From an uncultured Rhodospirillaceae bacterium (GTDB lineage Bacteria; Pseudomonadota; Alphaproteobacteria; UBA9219), in contig CAZPKC010000001.1 of the NCBI GenBank assembly GCA_964587125.1, forward strand, positions 163,945 through 227,944: 64,000 nucleotides of DNA, given 5' to 3'. Every line of letters begins with the position of its first letter. Position 1 is the stretch's first letter. The notes under the pieces are model-generated. The model made no database searches. It was not told the DNA's origin and saw only the letters and a list, made by a program, of their open reading frames with translations. A program made the translations under genes and the position numbers. Of the stretch, positions 30,406 to 40,378 are shown one piece after another.

Positions 30406-30783
30406 TTAACGCAACGTCAGTCCGGGAAGAAATACCCTGCGGAGAAAAGGGAGGTCATGTAACATTTCCTCAGGCTGCTCAAGAAAGCCATCATATCTGC
30501 TACGGAGTCCACTATAGAATAGACTGTCACCGGTCAACGAGGCGTTCATGCCTGTGTACATGGCGAAGCAAATTGCCATCGCCGCAAACCCAAATTGAAA
30601 AGTTGGTGAAGAGATTGCGCCGATGACGCATGCGGCAGTGGCAATGCCTGCAGCCTCAGTCATACCGACACAAAAAGTCGCCTCCAAAAACTGAACCGGA
30701 GATGTAACTGCCGTCGCCGCTATCGCAAACGCGGTCCGGATTCCGGATTTACCGGCATTAATGATTGTTTGTCCCGCGCCCAT
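30406..30783 (-). CDS. hypothetical membrane protein (orphan)
   Basis: hydrophobic Ala-rich ORF; GAGGAG RBS before MGAGQ. Confidence 0.5.
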   Translation of the reverse strand: MGAGQTIINAGKSGIRTAFAIAATAVTSPVQFLEATFCVGMTEAAGIATAACVIGAISSPTFQFGFAAMAICFAMYTGMNASLTGDSLFYSGLRSRYDGFLEQPEEMLHDLPFLRRVFLPGLTLR

Positions 30784-30920
30784 TATTAACTCCTCATAAA
30801 AATATGATTTCAAAAAATACATTTTCCGCCTGATGCGGGAATACTCTTTTTTTGTACCATAAAATCATGAAAGCAATTGCGCAAAAACCGCGTTAACCAT
30901 GATTTTTAATAAAAAATCAT

Positions 30921-30959
30921 CGTCATTCCCGCCCCGTGTCGGAGCACGGGGCGGGAATA
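30921..30959. repeat. REP-like palindrome, also the likely dnaE terminator
   Basis: cgtc-attcccgccccgtg tcggag cacggggcgggaat, 14-bp stem. Confidence 0.8.
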
Positions 30960-30974
30960 ACAGCAAAAGGGAGA

Positions 30975-33900
30975 TTAATACTCCACCACTTCCAGCCCCT
31001 CGCCGATTTGGCGCAGGGCGGTTTTTGCGGCTTCGTTCAGCATAAAGCCCCCCGGAAGTTCGACTTCCGCCTCTTCTCCGTTATCCAATTCCAAGGCCAA
31101 AACGACTTGCGCGCGGCCTTTGGGCGTCGAAGCCAAAACTTTATGAATTTCCGCGACGGGCGAAGGCTCGAATAATTTTATACGAACGCCCTTCGCCGCG
31201 CGCGCCGCGGCGTCGGCCAAAGGCTCGATGTTGCGCGCGATAAAGCGCAAATCTGACGAGCCTTCCACATTTCTCCCGCCCGCGCCGAACGTATTGGTTT
31301 GGGCGTCAACTTCGATCAGAACGGCCTGCCCCGTTTCCAGAATATCGCGCTTTTGGGCCAGCAATTCCGAAAACACCGTGACTTCAAACGCGCCGCCGCC
31401 GTCGGACAATTGCACGAAGGCGAATTTGTTTCCCTGTTTGGAGGTGCGTTCCTGTTTCGACACGACGATGCCCGCGAGCTTGAAACGGCTCGACGCCGCC
31501 TCGCGCTTTTCGGAAATTTTACTGACCTGAACGACGCCCATGCGTTCCAAAATGGCGCGGTAATTGTCCAAAGGATGCGCGGACATATAAAACCCGAGCG
31601 CCGCAAATTCATGCTGAAGGCGCGTCAGGTCGTCCCAGTTTTTGACTTGCGGCAAGGGCGGGCGCGAAGCATCGGATTGGTCAGCGAACATATTCGCTTG
31701 TCCGCTCACAGCTTCGGCATGTTTTTGCTGGCTGTGCTTGAGCAGAACGTCGATTCCCGCGATGACCTGCGCCCTATTCTTATTCAAACAGTCAAAAACC
31801 CCCGCTGCCGCCATGTTTTCCCATTGCTTGCGGTTCACGGCATGCGCGTCGATGCGTTCGGCGAAATCAAAAAGGTCTTTAAACGCGCCGTTTTGACGGG
31901 CCTCAACTACTCCCTTCATCGCCGCTTCGCCGACGCCTTTGATAGCAGCCAAAGCGTAGCGAATGGCGGCCTTACCGGAAGTTTCCTCGACGGCGAATTT
32001 CGGAAAAGAATGATTGACGTCGGGCGGAAGCAAGGGAATGCGGTTGCGCGCCAATTCCTGACGAAACACGTTGAGCTTGTCGGTGTCGCCCATTTCGAAA
32101 TTCATCGCGGCGGCGAAAAATTCGACCGGAGTGTTGGCCTTCAGGTATGCCGTCTGATACGCGACGAGCGCATAGGCCGCCGCGTGGCTTTTGTTGAATC
32201 CATAGCCCGCGAATTTGTCGATCTGGTCGAAAATCGTTCCGGCCTGATCGCTCGGAACATTATGTTTTTTCCCCGCGCCCTTGATGAAATTCGCGCGTTG
32301 CGCGGCCATTTCCGAGGCTTTCTTCTTGCCCATCGCGCGGCGCAGCAAATCGGCCGCGCCGAGGCTGTATCCCGCGAGCAACTGCGCCGCCTGCATCACC
32401 TGTTCCTGATAAATCAGGATGCCGAACGTGTCTTCCAGAATAGGGCGCAGGGAGGGATGGAGATAATCGACTTCTTCCTCGCCTTTTTTGCGCTTGATAT
32501 ACGTCGGAATATTGTCCATCGGGCCCGGACGGTACAAAGCGACGAGCGCGATGATATCCTCGAAACGGTTGGGCTTCATCTTGCGCAGAACGTCGCGCAT
32601 GCCCGAACTTTCAAGCTGGAACACGCCCGTCGTGTCGCCTTTAGCCAGCATTTGAAACGTCTTGGCGTCGTCGAGCGGCAGATGCGTGAGATCGATGTCG
32701 ATATTCCGTTTTTTCAAAAGTTCAACCGCCATCTGCAAAACGTCGAGCGTTTTGAGGCCCAGAAAGTCGAACTTGACCAAGCCCGCCTGTTCCACGGTTT
32801 TCATGTTGAACTGCGTCGCGGGCAAAGGCGAATCTGGATCGCGGTAAAGCGGCACCAATTCGACCAAAGGCCTGTCGCCGATCACGACTCCCGCCGCGTG
32901 CGTGGACGCATTGCGGAAAAGGCCTTCCAGTTTCAGCGCAATATCCATCATCTGCGCGATTGTCGGATCGTCGTCGCGCATTTTCCGCAAGGCCGGTTCG
33001 CTTTCGATCGCCTGTCCGAGGGTTAAAGGATTGGCGGGATTGTTCGGAACCAGTTTGCAGATTTTATCGACGTAGCCGTAGGGAATCGCCAGCACGCGGC
33101 CCACGTCGCGCAACGCCGCGCGCGCCTGCAATTTGCCGAAAGTGATGATTTGCGCGACGCGGTCTGCGCCGTATTTTTCCTGAACGTAGCGAATGGTTTC
33201 GTCGCGTCTTTCCTGGCAAAAATCGATGTCGAAGTCGGGCATCGACACGCGTTCGGGATTCAAAAAACGCTCGAACAGCAAGCCGAAGCGCAACGGATCG
33301 AGGTCGGTGATGAGCAGCGACCACGCGACGACCGACCCCGCGCCCGAGCCGCGTCCGGGCCCCACGGCAACGCCGTTTTGCTTCGACCATTTGATGAAAT
33401 CGGAAACGATGAGAAAATAGCCCGCGAAGCCCATCGCGATGATCGTATCGAGCTCGAATTTCAGACGGTCTTCGTATGCTTTGCGATCCGGCGTTCCCGC
33501 CGCGTCAAGCCGCGCCTTCAGGCCTTCTTTCGCCTGCGCGCGCAATTCCTGCTCCTCGCTGCGGCCTTTGGCGGTCGGAAAAGCGGGCAAAATCGGCTTG
33601 CGCGCCGGCGGCATATAGGCGCAGCGTTTGGCGATCACAAGCGTGTTGTCGCAGGCTTCGGGCAGATCGGCGAAAAGCGCGCGCATCTCGGCGGCGGATT
33701 TAAAGCAATGATCGCGCGTCAAATGGCGGCGGTTTTTATCCGCGACGACCCTTTTATCGGCGATGCACAGCAAAGCGTCGTGCGCTTCGAACATATGGGG
33801 CTCGCCGAAATAAACGTCGTTGGTCGCCGTCAAGGGAAGATCGTATTTATAAGCAAGATCGATAAGGGCGCGTTCGATGCGTTGTTCGGCGGCGCCTGTG

Positions 33901-34490
33901 GCTCCGCCGTGATGCCGCGTGATTTCGATATAAAAACGCCCGTTAAAAAGCGCGGCGTATTTCTTGGCCGCGACTTCCGCCGCGTCGTTCTGGTTGCCGA
34001 GCAAAAGCCGCCCGATTTCGCCTTCAATGCCGCCCGAAAGAGCGATAAGGCCTTCGGCATGCTTCGCCAATTCGTCGGCCGTGACGAAAGGATCGGCGCG
34101 GTTCTGTTCGACGAACGACAGCGTGACCAAAGACGACAGATTGCGGTAACCCGTTTCATTTTGAACGAGAAGGACGAGCTGGTCGTACCCGTCCCGCGTC
34201 ATCGTTTTAAGCGATGCCTGTTCGGGACGCAGAACGGCGATCTGGCAGCCGATAATCGGCTGAACGCCAGCCTCCGACGCCGCCTGGCTGAATTCCAGCG
34301 CGCCGAACAAATTGCCTTTGTCGGTCAAAGCGACGGCCGGCATTTCGTATTGCAAGCAAAGTTTGGCCAGGTCTTTACGCGGCGGCGTAGAGCCGTCTTT
34401 CGGTTTTTCCTCGACGACTTTTATCGCGCCCTCGGCGAGCGAATAGGCGGAATGAACGCGAAGATGGATGAAGGAGGGAGAGGACATCAT
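30975..34490 (-). CDS. dnaE: DNA polymerase III alpha subunit
   Basis: PHP FIHLRVHS, GPGRGSGAGS, SMPDFDIDF, KFDFLGL and YGFNKSHAAAY. Confidence 0.99.
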   Translation of the reverse strand: MMSSPSFIHLRVHSAYSLAEGAIKVVEEKPKDGSTPPRKDLAKLCLQYEMPAVALTDKGNLFGALEFSQAASEAGVQPIIGCQIAVLRPEQASLKTMTRDGYDQLVLLVQNETGYRNLSSLVTLSFVEQNRADPFVTADELAKHAEGLIALSGGIEGEIGRLLLGNQNDAAEVAAKKYAALFNGRFYIEITRHHGGATGAAEQRIERALIDLAYKYDLPLTATNDVYFGEPHMFEAHDALLCIADKRVVADKNRRHLTRDHCFKSAAEMRALFADLPEACDNTLVIAKRCAYMPPARKPILPAFPTAKGRSEEQELRAQAKEGLKARLDAAGTPDRKAYEDRLKFELDTIIAMGFAGYFLIVSDFIKWSKQNGVAVGPGRGSGAGSVVAWSLLITDLDPLRFGLLFERFLNPERVSMPDFDIDFCQERRDETIRYVQEKYGADRVAQIITFGKLQARAALRDVGRVLAIPYGYVDKICKLVPNNPANPLTLGQAIESEPALRKMRDDDPTIAQMMDIALKLEGLFRNASTHAAGVVIGDRPLVELVPLYRDPDSPLPATQFNMKTVEQAGLVKFDFLGLKTLDVLQMAVELLKKRNIDIDLTHLPLDDAKTFQMLAKGDTTGVFQLESSGMRDVLRKMKPNRFEDIIALVALYRPGPMDNIPTYIKRKKGEEEVDYLHPSLRPILEDTFGILIYQEQVMQAAQLLAGYSLGAADLLRRAMGKKKASEMAAQRANFIKGAGKKHNVPSDQAGTIFDQIDKFAGYGFNKSHAAAYALVAYQTAYLKANTPVEFFAAAMNFEMGDTDKLNVFRQELARNRIPLLPPDVNHSFPKFAVEETSGKAAIRYALAAIKGVGEAAMKGVVEARQNGAFKDLFDFAERIDAHAVNRKQWENMAAAGVFDCLNKNRAQVIAGIDVLLKHSQQKHAEAVSGQANMFADQSDASRPPLPQVKNWDDLTRLQHEFAALGFYMSAHPLDNYRAILERMGVVQVSKISEKREAASSRFKLAGIVVSKQERTSKQGNKFAFVQLSDGGGAFEVTVFSELLAQKRDILETGQAVLIEVDAQTNTFGAGGRNVEGSSDLRFIARNIEPLADAAARAAKGVRIKLFEPSPVAEIHKVLASTPKGRAQVVLALELDNGEEAEVELPGGFMLNEAAKTALRQIGEGLEVVEY

Positions 34491-34717
34491 AATAACCGGT
34501 TTCGACCAAAACGAACGCTACACCAAGATAAATCAAAATTCTTTGGTTAATTTTTTAGCCCTAAAAACAGCTTTTGGCATTAAGCACGGTTAAGGCAAGC
34601 GCTTAGCACATCGATGACGTCGGCAATTTCCGGCATCGGGCGGCAGGCGGCGCGTTTCCGGAATAGGGAGAGGGAAAGATATTGCCGGGGGTCAAGATGC
34701 CGGAGAACTAAGAATAA

Positions 34718-35482
34718 CTAACGAAAGAGTCCCTTTAAATATCTCGTCATTTTCGGCTTAAAGTTCCGGCAAAAACCGATCTCCGTTTTCATAGCGCCGG
34801 AAGACGTCGCCGCCGGTTTGGACTCTCCGACCGTTTTTTCAAACCCTCTACCGCATATGATGCTTTCGACGTCATCGGGGCTATGGCCGACGGTATTCTT
34901 GGGATTTTCGTGCGTCTCGAAAGAAAGCGCGAAAACCTCCGGCCCCGCATCCGAAACGAGTTTGACGAATTTTTCCACATCCGGAAATTTCAGATAATGG
35001 ATGAAATTCAGCGCCGTAATGATCGACGGCTTTCTTCCTTCGCAAAGCTCTTTCAATTTTTTCGCATCGACGTCGCGCGCGTCGCAAAGAAAAAGACGTA
35101 TTTTCCCGTTCGCCGGGTTTTCGGAAAGCCTTTCATTTCTCGTATCGACGATGTCTTGCAGTTTGCGCCTCTCCGCTTCACCCTGAGCGCCCGCGAAATC
35201 GATGACGAGCGCGTCGAATCCTTTTTCGGCCAGCCTCATCGCCGTTCGCCCGCACCCGCCGCCGAAATCGATCGCAAGAGGTTTTCGCCCCGAAGAATGT
35301 AACCGCTTCAATACTTCCGCCTGAACCAGAACCCATTCAAGGACCGGCGGCACGTGTATCAACTCTTCAGTGCCGTAATAGGGCATGCAAGAGAGAGGCG
35401 CTATCGTCGTGACATAGCGTACGTCGGTTTCTTCCTCCGGCAAACTTCTTTTTTTCTTCGGTTCAAGCATCATCTTTTTCAA
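34718..35482 (-). CDS. class I SAM-dependent methyltransferase
   Basis: AIDFGGGCGRTAMRLAEKGFDALVID motif I. Confidence 0.75.
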   Translation of the reverse strand: MKKMMLEPKKKRSLPEEETDVRYVTTIAPLSCMPYYGTEELIHVPPVLEWVLVQAEVLKRLHSSGRKPLAIDFGGGCGRTAMRLAEKGFDALVIDFAGAQGEAERRKLQDIVDTRNERLSENPANGKIRLFLCDARDVDAKKLKELCEGRKPSIITALNFIHYLKFPDVEKFVKLVSDAGPEVFALSFETHENPKNTVGHSPDDVESIICGRGFEKTVGESKPAATSSGAMKTEIGFCRNFKPKMTRYLKGLFR

Positions 35483-35569
35483 AAAATAATTTCCTTGGCA
35501 TCGGCGCGCCGATTTTATTTTTCAGAAAACCAAAAGTTTTTCTGTTTTATCGTCGCCGAAATCAACCGT

Positions 35570-36061
35570 TCACGGCGAAGGCGCGCACTCCTGCGAAAAC
35601 GTGTTCATTGGGGCGCGAGCGAACATGTCTCCGAGAAGATACATTGCAAGCGGGGTAAGAGGCGTAACAGTCGGATCTAAAATGCCCATCGACGTGGCTG
35701 TGAATAAGCTGATAAAAACCCCTGCCTCCCCCGCGAGCAATATCTTCGCTCTCGCCCCAAATGAATGCCGGCCCACCTCGGGATAGAAACCATAATCTCG
35801 CGCGGAAAAATTTCCCGCTATGAAAGCCGCCTCGTTAAGCACTGCGTTCACCGGAGAGACGGTGCCAAGATGCACGCACACGATCTGCCCTATCGCCATG
35901 CCGACGCTATATAATGTCTCCGGCTTGGTAATTTCTCTGCCGACAATGCGCGCGCCTTCGATGCATGAATCGAGGGTCGTCCGCACCGCTTCTTGGGCAC
36001 CTGATGCTTTCCGCGCAAATTGGAAACGCGCGGCTTTGGGAAATAGAGAAACGGTTTTCAT
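35570..36061 (-). CDS. hypothetical protein (orphan)
   Basis: AAAGGCG RBS-like sequence before MKTVSLF; no recognisable motif. Confidence 0.5.
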   Translation of the reverse strand: MKTVSLFPKAARFQFARKASGAQEAVRTTLDSCIEGARIVGREITKPETLYSVGMAIGQIVCVHLGTVSPVNAVLNEAAFIAGNFSARDYGFYPEVGRHSFGARAKILLAGEAGVFISLFTATSMGILDPTVTPLTPLAMYLLGDMFARAPMNTFSQECAPSP

Positions 36062-36222
36062 GTAATAATCGCCTTTCAAAACTTGAAAACTTACGGCCCC
36101 ATACTACACGAAATCTATGAAAGTAAAAAAGAAATCCCGCCATTCAATGCTTTCTTTCTTTTAGATCAATATGTTAATTGTTTTTACGATTTTGGGGTCT
36201 TTACAAAAAAACTTTATAAAAA

Positions 36223-37092
36223 TCACTCATTAATCACGCACGTTTCGACCCACCACCTTTGCCTCATGACGCGGATTTGCTGGGCGGCGGATTTTGCCGA
36301 AGCCGCATCGGGAAAAATGCCGAAGCACGAAGCGCCGCTTCCCGACATGCGCGCCAGCAAACATTCGCCGGACGCTTCCAGAACGCCGACGATCTCCTCA
36401 ATCTCCGGCATCAGGCGGCAGGCGGGCGCGTAAAGATCGTTGCCGCGAAGCTTCAACGCCGCGACAAGTTCTTGCGCCGTCGCGGGCGTTTTTTCCAGAC
36501 GCGACAGGGGCGAAAATTCATCGCCCTTGTCGCGGTATTCTTTATAAACGGCGGGCGTCGGCAATCCCTTGCCCGGATTGATCAGCACGATATCGGCGCG
36601 GGGCAATTTCGGCGCGGGCAAAACGCCCGTCGCCGTCATGTAAGTATTTTCTATTTTCACGCAAACGGGAACGTCCTGCCCGTGAAGCGCCGCCGCCTGC
36701 ATGAGGCGCGGATCGTCTTTCGCCAATCCCCAATGCCGCCCCAAAGCGCGCAAAGCAGCCGCGGCGTCGCTCGATCCGCCGCCGATGCCGGAAGCTATGG
36801 GAAGATTTTTCACCAAAACAATATGCGCGTCGAGTTCGTGCCCCGTCAGTTCGGCCAAAGACCGCGCCGCCTTGACGACGAGATTGCTTTCCGGGTCGTC
36901 GTGCGCCAAAGCCTCGGCCCAAGGCCCCGTGATTTCAAAACGAAAATCTTTTCCGGCACGCAAGGCGATTTCGTCGCCGATGGAAGCGAACGCAACAATA
37001 CTGTCGAGATCGTGATAGCCGTTCGCCTGCCTGCCCGTGATGTGCAGGTACAGATTAAGCTTGGCCGGAGCGAATTCGCGGATAAGGGTCAT
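36223..37092 (-). CDS. ispE: 4-diphosphocytidyl-2-C-methyl-D-erythritol kinase
   Basis: APAKLNLYLHITG, KNLPIASGIGGGSSDAA and MSGSGASCF. Confidence 0.97.
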   Translation of the reverse strand: MTLIREFAPAKLNLYLHITGRQANGYHDLDSIVAFASIGDEIALRAGKDFRFEITGPWAEALAHDDPESNLVVKAARSLAELTGHELDAHIVLVKNLPIASGIGGGSSDAAAALRALGRHWGLAKDDPRLMQAAALHGQDVPVCVKIENTYMTATGVLPAPKLPRADIVLINPGKGLPTPAVYKEYRDKGDEFSPLSRLEKTPATAQELVAALKLRGNDLYAPACRLMPEIEEIVGVLEASGECLLARMSGSGASCFGIFPDAASAKSAAQQIRVMRQRWWVETCVINE

Positions 37093-37159
37093 GGGAACGA
37101 TCTTTTACGCGATTTGGGCTCAAAAACAACCCCGAAGCGCAACCAATCCCCCGCCAAGC

Positions 37160-37963
37160 TCAGCAGAAAGAACGGCACGGCGTGACAAGCGGCGTTCGCC
37201 TGAGAGGAACCATAGGAATGCGATGGGCGCGGATGAGCCCGGAAATTTCCTCCTTCGCGAGTTTTCTTGCAAATTCTCCATCGAGGAGAGACTGATCTCC
37301 CTCGCGCGGGCTTGCGCCGTAAAATTCGTGGATTTCCGCAAGGGTCATTGTCACGCCGCCATTGTACCGGCATCTGACGTCTTGAACCGGAAGCGTGACG
37401 GCTTGCTCCGCCCGATCATAGGGGATGGCGACGGCATGAAGGCCGTTATAAGACAAACCATGTCTCGGCGCGGTTATGACAAGATAGCCTTCTATCCCTT
37501 GGAGGGGCCGCCACAATTCGACGGCGTCTATCGGTTCGTGATCCAAAGGAGGAGAAAGAAAAACGGCCTTCCCCGTTCGAATTTTATGTTCGACGCCAAC
37601 TATTTTTTCCGGAAAAAGACTCTGCCATTTGTATGAATGCGGGCCGTAAGTCAGTTTTGCAGAATCTCCGGATACCGTTATGCAATACTCTTTGCTGCCG
37701 CCGCCGGCAGCGATGAAATAGGTCGTTTGCGACACGCCCCGAACGGTTTCCATCACGCGTTGTTCATAAAATTTCAGCGACCCTACCGGCGCAAAGAAAC
37801 AACGGCCATTGGCGTCGAAAATGACGGTGCCCTTATTGCGTTTTTTGATCGCTTGGACGATTTCAAACCGCTCCATCCCTTCAAGGGGCTGGGGCGCGAG
37901 AGGACTTGGATTCCAGAACGTTGCGTCGCAAGCGACTGCGCAAACTCCGCCTTGGGACATCAT
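37160..37963 (-). CDS. hypothetical protein
   Basis: 267-aa ORF; no recognisable motif. Confidence 0.5.
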   Translation of the reverse strand: MMSQGGVCAVACDATFWNPSPLAPQPLEGMERFEIVQAIKKRNKGTVIFDANGRCFFAPVGSLKFYEQRVMETVRGVSQTTYFIAAGGGSKEYCITVSGDSAKLTYGPHSYKWQSLFPEKIVGVEHKIRTGKAVFLSPPLDHEPIDAVELWRPLQGIEGYLVITAPRHGLSYNGLHAVAIPYDRAEQAVTLPVQDVRCRYNGGVTMTLAEIHEFYGASPREGDQSLLDGEFARKLAKEEISGLIRAHRIPMVPLRRTPLVTPCRSFC

Positions 37964-38152
37964 TTTTCTCCCTTTGCCGCCGTGCGGCGGCCTTGCGTCG
38001 CCGCTAACGAAGGGCGCGGCGACAAAACCCCCACATCAAGTTAGTCCGGCGATTCGCGCTTCAGAGAAAAGCGCTAAGGCTTTTCTCTGAAGCGATCGCG
38101 GACTGAGCCGGAAAATTTCCGGCGTGGGAGATCGGATATGTGCGGGAGAAAA

Positions 38153-38238
38153 ATAAAAAAAGCCCCCGCACAACGCGATCACCCGCCAGGGATCACAGTG
38201 CGGAAGCTTGACGCTTTCCAATTCTGTGACGCTTTAGC
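38153..38238 (-). ncRNA. candidate small RNA
   Basis: TTGACA at 38272-38267 (minus strand), then about 85 nt ending in a long GC stem and U-tract; no plausible ORF. Confidence 0.35.
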
Positions 38239-38354
38239 TGTTGTTAACGCGGCAGCAAGCTGCTCCTGTCAAATCCCGCGGATTGGCTTTTATTCGCCAA
38301 TCGAATCGACGCCATATAAGAAAAATTTTCCGATATTGTCAAGTAACCGGTGTT

Positions 38355-38834
38355 TTATCGCGCCGGAGAGTCTTTCAGATCGAGCGTGTAATCGGGGACG
38401 TTGGCGCCGACGTCCTGCTCGCGAAATCCCGCCGATTGGAAATTGCGCGCGGCGCAATCGCCGTCCCCGTCGATGCGGAAAGCTTTTTTATCGACGCAAA
38501 AAATATATTTTCCGTCCCATTCCATCGGTTTGGCGTCTTTCTGGCCTTCCGTCACCGCGCGCGCGTAATAATAATAAAAACGCTGCGAGAGGGACTGTGC
38601 GTAAACGCGCGCGCATTGGCCCGGCTCGATCAGCCACCAGCCTTCGGACACCCAATTATCGGCTTTGTCGTCCGCATCGCCGCGATAGGCGAGCGCGGCT
38701 TCGAGCGCGACCGACGTCCTGTTGCAAAAAGACATGGCCGCAAAGGCTTCGCGCGGATTGCCTCCCGCGGCACAAACAAAGACGAACAACGCAAGAGCAA
38801 CAGGAAGGGCGCGGATAAAGGAAGAATATTTCAT
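38355..38834 (-). CDS. DUF1036-family secreted protein
   Basis: signal-like N-terminus; FCNRTS, SEGWWLIEPGQC, YYYYAR, FCV...DC pattern. Confidence 0.75.
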   Translation of the reverse strand: MKYSSFIRALPVALALFVFVCAAGGNPREAFAAMSFCNRTSVALEAALAYRGDADDKADNWVSEGWWLIEPGQCARVYAQSLSQRFYYYYARAVTEGQKDAKPMEWDGKYIFCVDKKAFRIDGDGDCAARNFQSAGFREQDVGANVPDYTLDLKDSPAR

Positions 38835-38908
38835 GACTATTCGACGGATTTCACAGATTTAGCGACTCTTTCGATCTATCACATCTCGCCCGCCGAAGCC
38901 AAGCCTTG

Positions 38909-40201
38909 CTAATCCGCAAACGGGTCCTTCATCAGGATCGTGTCGTCCCGCTCGGGGCTCGTCGAAAGCAGAATGACCGGCGTTTCGATTATTTCCTCGA
39001 TCCGGCGGATGTATTTCAACGCCTGAGCCGGTAAATCCGCCCAGCTCCGCAAGCCGTGCGTGTTGCAGTTCCATCCTTCGCAGATGTCGTAAACCGGCTC
39101 GACCGACGCTTGGGCTTGCTGGCCCGCGGGAAGATAGTCGATTGTTTTGCCGTCGAGCTTATAGGCGTGGCAAATTTTCAATTCCTTGAAAACGTCGAGG
39201 ATGTCGAGTTTCGTCAAAGCGATCCCGTCGATCCCTCCCGTTTTGACCGCTTGGCGCAAGGCGACCGCGTCCAGCCAGCCGCACCGGCGCTTGCGCCCCG
39301 TATTAGTGCCGAATTCCTTGCCGCGCGTGCCAAGCGTCTCGCCGTCCTCGCCTTTGTCCTCGGTCGGGAACGGCCCCGCGCCTACGCGCGTCGTGTATGC
39401 CTTGCAGATTCCCACGACGCGGCCCACGGTTTTCGCGCCGATGCCGGAGCCCACAGCCGCGTTCGCCGCGACCGTATTGCTGGACGTAACGTAAGGGTAT
39501 GTTCCGTGATCGACGTCGAGCAACGCGCCTTGCGCTCCCTCGAACAGCATCAGCTTGCCTTGCTTGCGCGCCGCTTCGAGCCGCGACCAGACCACGCCGA
39601 CGTAAGGCATGATTTGGGACGCGATATCCATGATCTTTTCGTAAAGCCCGTCCGTATCGAAATTTTCGACGCCGAAGCCTTTCAGCAAGGCGTTGTGATA
39701 ATGCAGCAGATAATCGAGCTTCGCGCGCAAAACTTCGGGTTCGCCGAAATCGCAAAGCCGGATCGCGCGGCGCGCCGCTTTGTCTTCGTAAGCGGGGCCG
39801 ATGCCGCGTCCCGTCGTGCCGATTTTGGCTTCGCCCCGCGCGGCTTCTCTTGCGCGGTCGAGCGCGGCGTGAACCGGAAGAATAACAGGGCAATTTTCGG
39901 CAATGAGAAGATTTTTCGGCGATATCTCGATGCCTTTTCCCTTAAGCTCCGCGATTTCGTTCAGCAGATGCCACGGATCGACGACGACGCCGTTGCCGAT
40001 GACCGAAAGCTTGCCTTTGCGCACGATGCCCGAGGGAAGCAGGCTAAGTTTATAAGTGACGCCGTCGATGACAAGCGTATGTCCGGCGTTATGCCCGCCC
40101 TGATAGCGCACGACGATGTCCGCGCGGTACGAGAGCCAATCGACGATCTTGCCTTTGCCTTCATCGCCCCATTGGGAGCCCACGACGACGACGTTTTTCA
40201 T
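38909..40201 (-). CDS. purA: adenylosuccinate synthetase
   Basis: [22 protein letters not shown] and [14 protein letters not shown]. Confidence 0.99.
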   Translation of the reverse strand: MKNVVVVGSQWGDEGKGKIVDWLSYRADIVVRYQGGHNAGHTLVIDGVTYKLSLLPSGIVRKGKLSVIGNGVVVDPWHLLNEIAELKGKGIEISPKNLLIAENCPVILPVHAALDRAREAARGEAKIGTTGRGIGPAYEDKAARRAIRLCDFGEPEVLRAKLDYLLHYHNALLKGFGVENFDTDGLYEKIMDIASQIMPYVGVVWSRLEAARKQGKLMLFEGAQGALLDVDHGTYPYVTSSNTVAANAAVGSGIGAKTVGRVVGICKAYTTRVGAGPFPTEDKGEDGETLGTRGKEFGTNTGRKRRCGWLDAVALRQAVKTGGIDGIALTKLDILDVFKELKICHAYKLDGKTIDYLPAGQQAQASVEPVYDICEGWNCNTHGLRSWADLPAQALKYIRRIEEIIETPVILLSTSPERDDTILMKDPFAD

Positions 40202-40316
40202 AATATTACCGGCAGTTCAGGCGCTTCGGGGCAAGGCATCCCGCGAGCACCGATTCATCACCCGCCTTGCAGCTTTTTCTAGCCGAAAAGAAACGAAAAG
40301 GAAAAGAAAAAAACAC

Positions 40317-40344
40317 CGTCATTCCCGCGAAAGCGGGAATCCAG
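40317..40344. repeat. REP-like palindrome
   Basis: cgtcattcccgcgaaagcgggaatccag. Confidence 0.85.
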
Positions 40345-40378
40345 CGCCGCGTGTCTGGACGGTAAGAGTCTTAGGCTT

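Noticed and set aside
31299-34550. long antisense ORFs (575 aa and 466 aa); similar ones overlap pyrH-uppS, purA and the GT genes
   Set aside because: Shadow frames of GC-rich conserved genes with no recognisable motifs.
34500-34715. structured RNA upstream of dnaE (tccggcatc/gatgccgga, cggcaat/attgccg)
   Set aside because: Short, competing GC stems with no recognisable motif; insufficient evidence beyond possible terminator or promoter sequence.
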